Both the position numbers and the translations under genes were made by a program. The notes beneath the pieces are model-generated. The model was not told the origin of the DNA. It did not search any database and saw only the letters and a list, made by a program, of their open reading frames with translations. Positions 46,507-53,983 of a stretch of 53,983 nucleotides of DNA are shown here, piece by piece. Source of the stretch: Pseudogymnoascus verrucosus (Eukaryota); NCBI GenBank assembly GCA_001662655.1, contig KV460292.1; one strand, 5' to 3'. The number at the start of each line of letters is the position of its first letter. Position 1 is the stretch's first letter.

Positions 46507-48537
46507 TTAGGTCCTGGTCTTCTCTGGGTCTCCCCTCCGTGCCTCACGAGCAGCGATGCGGTCTTTGCGTTCTATTTGCCACCGCTGGCCATTTCGCCAC
46601 TGGATCACAAGAAGTGGGGTCAGAACAGCAGCGACAGCAGCCCAGATCGCGAATGTTGGACCGGAGGCGATGCTATCAACCATGAGCTGCACTACGGCGA
46701 CACCGCCGGCGCCCATAAGACAGCGCACAAGGTTATTGACTGCGGTGGCGCTGGCCGAGGCTTGCGGAAAGAGGTCAACGACGAGTGTGGAATTGAGAGC
46801 GAATATTGAGTTGGCGGTGTATGAGATTAAAAACTGAAGGATAAGGGGAACGGCGATGACGTTGAAATTGAGCGAGAAGCCGTACAGCGCGGTGGAGATG
46901 ATGAAGATGAGGACCATCCACCAAATAGAACGCATGCGAGCCTGGGCGAAGGGAAAGTCGACGAGCTCCTTCTTATTGAGAGGGTGTGAATCAGGGATGT
47001 CTTTGGCCACTCGGTATTGGGCTTCCATCACAGCCCAGTCATGCTTCGAAAGTTCTCCAGTGAGGTAGGAGCCGAGCATGGATGCGATACCGTTAGGGAG
47101 GAAGACTAGGCCGACTTGAAGGTCCGAGAGGTTGAAGCGGTCTTGGAAGAGCGCTGTGGTGCTGGAGGTCACCATGCTCCATACTGCGTAAACGATCGAG
47201 CCAAAGAAGATAACGCTAAACACGTCCTTTTCGAGTAGAAGCATAAATGGTCCGAAAGCCATGGACGACGTCAATCTCTTCTTTGTGGGTATTTCTCGCT
47301 CAACGAGATGCTCCTCCGACTGGGTGAACTTGTAGTATATTGGTCTATGGATGCCCTTTAAGCAGACAGTGCCGTTGCTAGCGATGGATCGGAGGGTCTC
47401 CGGCAGGAAGACAACAAGGATGGTGAGAGCGAAGATGCCCCCTCCGAAGAGGACCCAGAATATGGCATGGTAGCCAAGGTACTGGGCGATGATTCCGCCG
47501 AAAACGGGGCCGATTGCCTGTCCAAACATACGGACTATTTGGTTAGCGGAGAACAAGATAAATTGAAAATGGTTACTCACTTCCCTGATTAGTTCCTGTA
47601 AATGACCCGCGTTCTTTGGGGGTAGCGATGTCACCTATTAGCCCCTGACCTAACTCGATGTTAGTATCCATATCATTGAACGGGAGTGGAAATACCTACC
47701 AATTGATATAGTGGCAGCACTTCCGGCTGCTTGCATGGCACGGAGTACCATCAGGGGCACAAAGCCAGTGCTGAGAGCAAGGCCTAAGTTGGCGATGATA
47801 TATACCCCGAATGTTCCTAACTCGAGTTAATAAACATCATACCATACATATTGTTACTCGTTCTTACCTATGAATGTAATTCGTCTCCCTTGGGTATCTG
47901 ATAGCGGGCCCCAAAATGACGGTGCAAATGCCTGCGCAACCATATATACGGTTATGGTAAGACTGAGTAATGGCAGACCGACGTTGATATCCTTGCCATA
48001 TATGTCAACACTAGAGTGTAAGAGAATGATGCATATATTTGGACTTACCCTTGATATTTGGCCGAGAGCAGGGAAGTATATGTTGGCCGAAAGCGATGAA
48101 AACATGCCAGCGGTGGCAGCAAGATACATAAGCATCTTCTTCTTCTTGTGTGTGAAGACATGGTATGGTGGTTCCGGGTGTATCTTCTCGTGTATTTTGT
48201 TATTTAGGCTTTCGATGTGACTCTTCCCGTTGAATACTGGAGTTGTTGCCCCCGAGTCTAAATCTGAAGGGGATCCATCTGTATGATGGCGTCGAGGTAT
48301 AAGATTGATGCAACTCCCTTGCGGGCTCTGCATTCTCGAAATGTCGGACAAGGCTTTGATGGTCTGGGCATCCCAGTTAGTACTGAGTGTTGAATAATGT
48401 GCTAGATGGTCGCGGCTTGGGTTGGTGCTCCGAATCGACCGATTGGAATAAGGGAATGTTGGACCTGGGGGTGACGAAGGTTCTGCTTTGGGGGGCGATT
48501 GAGGTAGGGATTCTTTAGTCTGTGCTACAGGTTCCAT
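46507..48537 (-). CDS. MFS drug:H+ antiporter (DHA1, Qdr-like), several introns
   Basis: Motifs SANIYFPAL, TITVYM, PSFWGPLSDTQGRR, FLPETLRS and NNLVRCLMGA. Confidence 0.92.
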
Positions 48538-51450
48538 CCTAGCGATATCTAGGGGCGAGATTATTCGTAGTATTTTGATAATGAGCGCTGGATATGATAG
48601 AGTTACTTCACAAATAGCACTCTAAAAACATCTGGATAAAATTTTCAGACGCAACGCCTCTATATATCACTAACTATGTATTTTCTCACAAAACGATGCC
48701 ATGCAGAATACAAATGATAAAACCGGATCATCCAAAAGAAAACATGCCGCACAAATGAGACTCATACGACGAACAACGTGAGCCGTTTTGATACGTCTCA
48801 GCAGGTTCTGTGTCAAGACTAACGACGAAGACCATATTCTAGGAGCCTCTAAAGACGTTAGAACAGGGTTGATCTACACTTTATGAATCTCTGTGTTGCC
48901 ACTACTGCGGCAGTTATCGGGAGTTTCATATGTGTCGGTTCTAAGCGATCCGTTCTATTTGTTCCTTCTAGCGTACGATCATAACTTGTGGATCTTCCTT
49001 GTCCCGATCTAATCATAACTCCGCCCCTTCCGCACCGTGGCTAAACACTGCAAGCTCATGGGCCAGACGCAACGTTTGTCGGGAACAAGCTCACGGGAGC
49101 TAACAAGGGCTGAAGAACCCAACAGGATTGTATTCTTCAATCGACTACACTTCACCTTCCATCCACATCTCTAATTCGCTGACTCGCCATCTAAGATACG
49201 GAAAGTTTAAACTAGCGCCAAAGGTACGGGATCATGATGAGAGTCTAGAAGATCATTGCATCTACTGTACTCCAATCAAAGTGAAGGTAGTTGTCGATGC
49301 ACCGATGGAATTGCCGGCTAGCCAGGGGTAGTAAGATTGTGTTTTAATGGTGGTCGCCTAGCGGGAGGGCCTTTCCGTAACGGTGAAACAATTACAGAAT
49401 GTTACAGGAGGTATATATAGAGTGCGTTACAGACCGTTACAGAAGGTATATATAGAGCACGTTACACGTAATCATAAATCAGACTGATTATCTGCAGGAG
49501 ATCCGAGAGCGACTACGTGGGTGCGACAATTATTTAGGGCTTCTTAGAATATCATGGCTGGATTTGCCTAGTATCGTTACAGGTAGTGTAGAGCGTAACT
49601 TATACATCATTACGGGGCGAGTACAACGGATGTAGGCCATAAACAGTATGTCTTAAGTCTATCACCAACATCGAAACATCTTCACCTGCCCCCTTCATAG
49701 TCTCCACTTCCGTTTTGCCACTTAAAATCGGCATTGGTTGGGGTGTGCAGGTGGCTAAGGCTGGCTTCTTAGAGGCGCCAAATGAAGCATTGACGTTGTT
49801 TTTTATCCTCGGTTGAGGTAGGAGAGATATATTGCCACCAGGAGCTCCATAATGGGGTCGAACCACTATTCCGTTGCTCTTCAAGTTTTGGATTTCGGGA
49901 CAGGAGGGGCCTTTAAGGCGCCAAATGGTCTATTACGCATCTTCGATTCCCGGATGCAAAAATCGTCCCTCTCATAAATACTGTATAAAGAGATCTAACT
50001 GTGGTTTCCTCAACTAAAGTCCTGTCTATTGCTAGTTAAAATACTATCTGCATCATTGCTGACGGTTACTGATGTGCACCTAGTCTCTTTGATGTGATCG
50101 GGGGAACTATTTATGAAGCCAACCCCCGTTTGTAGAGCACCGGTGGAGATTTATGGCCAACGTAAGAGATATATGCACATGGATAGAATAGGATAATAAA
50201 TCTTGGAGAGTTGACTCTATTGATCAAGCAATATGGCAATGGAAGTATCTAGTCAGGTGGAGTCTTGGTGGATATATGGGCTGCGGAATCTCTACCCGAG
50301 TTGAAGCTTCGAAGGCATTATTCTCACAATAAAAACGGGGTGCTATGCCCCGCAGGTTTTTGGGCACACAGGAGAGAAGGTAGAGACGACGAGCAATGTC
50401 CGGATACAACTCCATCCTTCCTTAAACGGAATTATGCGTCGTTGATTCTATTATTCATCCTGTCGCCTCAATCGCCGAAGACTACTACCTAGTTAAACGT
50501 CGGAGGAAACAACAACCAACGGATCTGAATTCTGAGAAGCCCTAAATGCAATTTGAGGAGCCCAGCCTTTCAGAGCGGGGAGGAGAGAGTTATGATTCCG
50601 GCACGGACCAACAGCATCCGACCCGCCTTTGGGGGCGGCAAGGCTGTTGGGGGCCGCGGGACCATTGGGGGCGGCCGGTCCATCGCCCCGGTTCAACCGC
50701 CGAGGACGGTGAAAAGGCGGTCTCGGTAGCATCGAACACTAAAGCGCTAATGTGCGTGCTGTGGTGGTGTATGTTGCATGTAATTGATGATACTGATAGG
50801 AACAGTAGAGTGAGGAGTTGATGGTGGATGGATATAGATTTTTACTTGATTCTCGTACTGGTGCTAAAAGGAGAACTATTACTAAAGCAAACCAATGGTG
50901 CATAGCCAACAGTAATAGCCCATATATAATAGAGAAAGCATGTATCGCTGTCAGAGAGCAGGTGCTCCATGTTCCGTCGTTGAGCTTGTAATATTCTTAT
51001 CATATGCGCCGGAGCTTCCATTTACCCCTGGCTGTCTTCTATAGTAGCTGCATAACCCCAGATTAATAAACGGTCTTACAGTTGACAGTTTTATTGTTTC
51101 CGAGTCAATGGTTGGTGGGTTCGAGATTGATCCCAGGAATGTTCTTGCACCGTACTGCGATCCTTCATCCTTCTGCATGCAGGTTTTGTATAATTTGAAT
51201 TGTAATCCAAGGATATAATTTCCTTGATAGGAACTGATTGTTCTTATCCCAAAATTATCTTCCGGGATTTTGTCCCGAGATTTACAGAGACCATCTCTCT
51301 TTTCCTTGTACACTTGAGATCTTTCGACTATAAAGAGCACTCGGCCTCTCGCCTTCATATATCTCTACCCATCAAGAACTCACTCCTCGCCAATAATAGA
51401 TCATTCTTAACACCCTACCAAACGTTTGTCTTCTCCAAATCATTACAACC

Positions 51451-51753
51451 ATGAAGATCTCCATCATCATCGCGGGCCTCCTTACACTCGCAGCTGCCGC
51501 TCCTGCACCAGCTCCTGAAATCAACTTCGTCGTTGACGTTGCTGCCCTTGAGGAAGCGGTCGCATCATCTACCCTCGAAACGGTTGATTTTATTTCCATA
51601 ATCGAGAAGAAAGACACTGGGGCCATGGATATGTCCAAGCGTGCTAGTTGCTCTGCCTTGCAATTTTGCAGCGGAGGCAAATGCAGACAAATCCAATGCA
51701 CCCCAATAGGAACAACTACTACCTGTATTACATTTACATTTGGAAACTGTTAA
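51451..51753 (+). CDS. Small secreted prepro-peptide with a 36-aa six-cysteine mature domain
   Basis: Signal peptide MKISIIIAGLLTLAAA, an acidic propeptide and a Kex2 KR site, then ASCSALQFCSGGKCRQIQCTPIGTTTTCITFTFGNC. The start context is ACAACCATG. Confidence 0.85.
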   Translation: MKISIIIAGLLTLAAAAPAPAPEINFVVDVAALEEAVASSTLETVDFISIIEKKDTGAMDMSKRASCSALQFCSGGKCRQIQCTPIGTTTTCITFTFGNC

Positions 51754-52657
51754 AGGGTTCGTAGCTTTCTTTCCATCTTGTTTATACATGTCGCTAATTT
51801 AACTCCTTAGACACATAAAAAGCATGCTGTTGTGGATGGCACGGATGCTTGGGAATGAGATGGCTACAGAGAAGCGTTGAGAACAAGGAAAGGGGGGGTA
51901 TCGATGAGCTTGCAGACTGGAGGTTTAGTTATTTTCGGTGTTGCAATCTTATGAGTCCTAATCTTTTGAGGCTTATATACCTGGTATTCAACATTACCTA
52001 ATTAAACAGAGAAGAAGTGGTTTCACTTCCTTCTATATTGCCACACTTTCACATTGCCGAAGACAACTGATGTGAATAACTATTTTACAAGCCATTAGCA
52101 TCTATTCGCATTACCTTCTTTCAAAATGGATGTAAACGATGGCAAGATTTTGGTGGAAAATGTCTCCCTGTTCCATAAACTATGATTTGTGGTTGCTCGA
52201 CATAACGGCCGAGGACTTTCAAGGGGTAGAATTTATAGTTGATACAAGATACACTTATTAGATGTGCATGGGAGCCATGCGTTAATTCTCATGTGATTTC
52301 ACTGTTTATCAAAGTAGTAATCTATCGTATTGCAGCCATCGATATGTGCAGGTCTGTGAGTTGACAGCGTCAGCGCCCACTACATATTTCTAGAACCATA
52401 CGATAAGCAACTTCGGGCATACATGAATAGATGTTCAAATATTAGTTAAGTACTCCGCATGGGGTTTCCCGGATGGTATCTGTATTATCATCTATGCCGC
52501 AACCATGTGCTCATCACTCCATTCGCAGAAGTCTCCTATAATATGAGAGTAAAACCATTGCTTGGTGTGGGTGTATACGAATAATCCATGCTGCAAAGGG
52601 GCCGTAGCTTACAAATAGAAACCTGGCAAACACAAAGCAGCGCAGAGATATCAGGCT

Positions 52658-53500
52658 TTAAAACTCCCACTCTTCGTTCCCCTCCCCGACTGCCTCTTCG
52701 CTCGGGCTTCCTCGTTCCGTTTCGATGTTTGGGGTCCCAACCTTGGCACGTAGCTCTTCAGTCTCTATACATCCCTCCTTCACGAATGAACCCAAGGCAT
52801 GGCCTTCAACCCCATCCACTTCTGCTCCTCCACCCAACCCCTCCAGTTTCTCAGTGCCGTAATCGAGAGCAGAAGCACTTTGCATGCTGTGGCTGCTTAC
52901 TTCCGGCTCTGGCTCGTGGAACTCGCCTTTCTGTCCATCGGCTGACTCGGCTTCCGTTGGGGAATGAAGGCTTTGCTCTTCCGTGACAGCCACCCCGAGC
53001 TGATCAGCTAGCTCCAAAGCGACGTTTTGGGAGCTTCTTTCTCCTGTTGATTCGAAAGCATCTGGCAGTGTTTCAGAGCCCTCCGCATCATCCGAATCCG
53101 GGTGCTCCTCCACGGACGAGGCCGCTGTTGGGTTGGTCACCCCTTGCCACGCCAAGACCCGCCCATAGCGTGCCTCTGCGATTTCCTGGCGACGGAGAGC
53201 TGGAGACTTGCCAACATTCCAGAAATACCAACAGTTGAATCCGCAGGTTTTGGTGGGAGAGTGAAGGCATTCCTGTATGACGGGCATATTGATGGATATG
53301 GAAACGGGGTCGACTGAAGCGGCTGTTGTGGTGGTGCGTGCAGTTTGGTCCCTCGAGCTATTAAGTCCCGAGGGTGAGCTTTGTTTGGCCGGAGATAAGG
53401 AGCTCCCGGTATTGGAGATGAACTTGGAGTGAGCTGCTCGATGTGTTTCTTGATGTGATGTGTGGTACTCAGATTTGCCAGGTGAAAGAGAACCTTGTAA
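52658..53500 (-). CDS. Hypothetical low-complexity acidic protein (last exon; start uncertain)
   Basis: The frame is open from ~53500 to 52658. It is Ser-rich and then Glu-rich, with a short C/W motif. Confidence 0.5.
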   Translation of the reverse strand, partial: LQGSLSPGKSEYHTSHQETHRAAHSKFISNTGSSLSPAKQSSPSGLNSSRDQTARTTTTAASVDPVSISINMPVIQECLHSPTKTCGFNCWYFWNVGKSPALRRQEIAEARYGRVLAWQGVTNPTAASSVEEHPDSDDAEGSETLPDAFESTGERSSQNVALELADQLGVAVTEEQSLHSPTEAESADGQKGEFHEPEPEVSSHSMQSASALDYGTEKLEGLGGGAEVDGVEGHALGSFVKEGCIETEELRAKVGTPNIETERGSPSEEAVGEGNEEWEF

Positions 53501-53850
53501 TATTCAGGCAGAAAACTCCCGCGGGTGTGAGTTTATAGCAAGGCTATTGTTCTGCTGCTACTATTACGGTCTCGGGGCCTTTCCAGCTTGTTTTCGTGAT
53601 AAAAGTTCCATTCCGTACATATAGAAGGTTCCCAACGACGACGAACGTATGGTATTGCAATCTACCCAGGTTAACACTTCCACCTGGAAAGAAACGGGCG
53701 AGGTGTCTTGTGTGTAACTTGTCGCCGCCGTCAGTGGTAATTAGCAAGATAAATTGCCGATTTATCTGTTCTTCTTAAGTAGTCCCATTCATCAAATCCA
53801 GACGAAATATAATAATGGCGAATTGCTTCCACGAGTGGCTTTCAACCTAG

Positions 53851-53983
53851 CAGTGTGCGGCGAATCACCCCCCGAATACTATTCGGCGATCCGCCGAATC
53901 ATTCATATTTTTGAGGTATTCGCCGAATCATGACTCGAATCTGATTCGAGTCATGATTCGAATCTTTGAGGCTGAAATAGAGT
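53851..53983. mobile_element. Probable left end of a TIR transposon (hAT-like) with subterminal GAATC repeats
   Basis: Starts CAGTGTG, then has many (C)GAATC/GATTCG motifs in both orientations and an 18-bp perfect inverted repeat at 53924-53960. Confidence 0.55.

Noticed and set aside
49410..49470. Two tandem GTTACAGrAGGTATATATAGAG units
   Set aside because: Only two short copies with no boundaries or other support.
50224..51358. Short minus-strand ORFs, including an 18-bp x3 repeat (GPAAPN)
   Set aside because: They are possibly gene relics, but no coherent gene model or family motif could be supported.
1..53983. Starship (giant tyrosine-recombinase transposon) as the explanation for the accessory content
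   Set aside because: No DUF3435 captain or typical auxiliary genes are visible in the window. It cannot be excluded that the window lies inside a larger element.

Overview
Genomic DNA from a filamentous ascomycete, judged from GT-AG introns with CTRAC branch sites and RIP-mutated transposon relics; the species cannot be assigned from sequence alone. It reads as an accessory, gene-turnover region. Bases 1-3190 are an AT-rich RIP block holding nested Fot1/pogo transposons. Next come a backbone-less set of tailoring genes (two SAM methyltransferases, an FAD monooxygenase, an acyltransferase-3 and an MFS pseudogene) and a GH31 glycosidase / anion:cation-symporter MFS / Zn2Cys6 regulator cluster with a duplicated bidirectional promoter. 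These are followed by a second MFS next to a decayed GH95 gene, a DUF985 cupin, a secreted acid phosphatase, two GPI-type proteins, an intronless bacterial-like FAD monooxygenase paired with a DHA1 drug pump, and a Kex2-processed 6-Cys peptide precursor. The least explained structure is non-coding: a ~210-bp palindrome-rich module present five times, always in the same orientation and between gene modules. Its flanks are shared mosaically between copies, and it is linked to a ~92-bp unit array. Family assignments come from motif recognition, not database searches.
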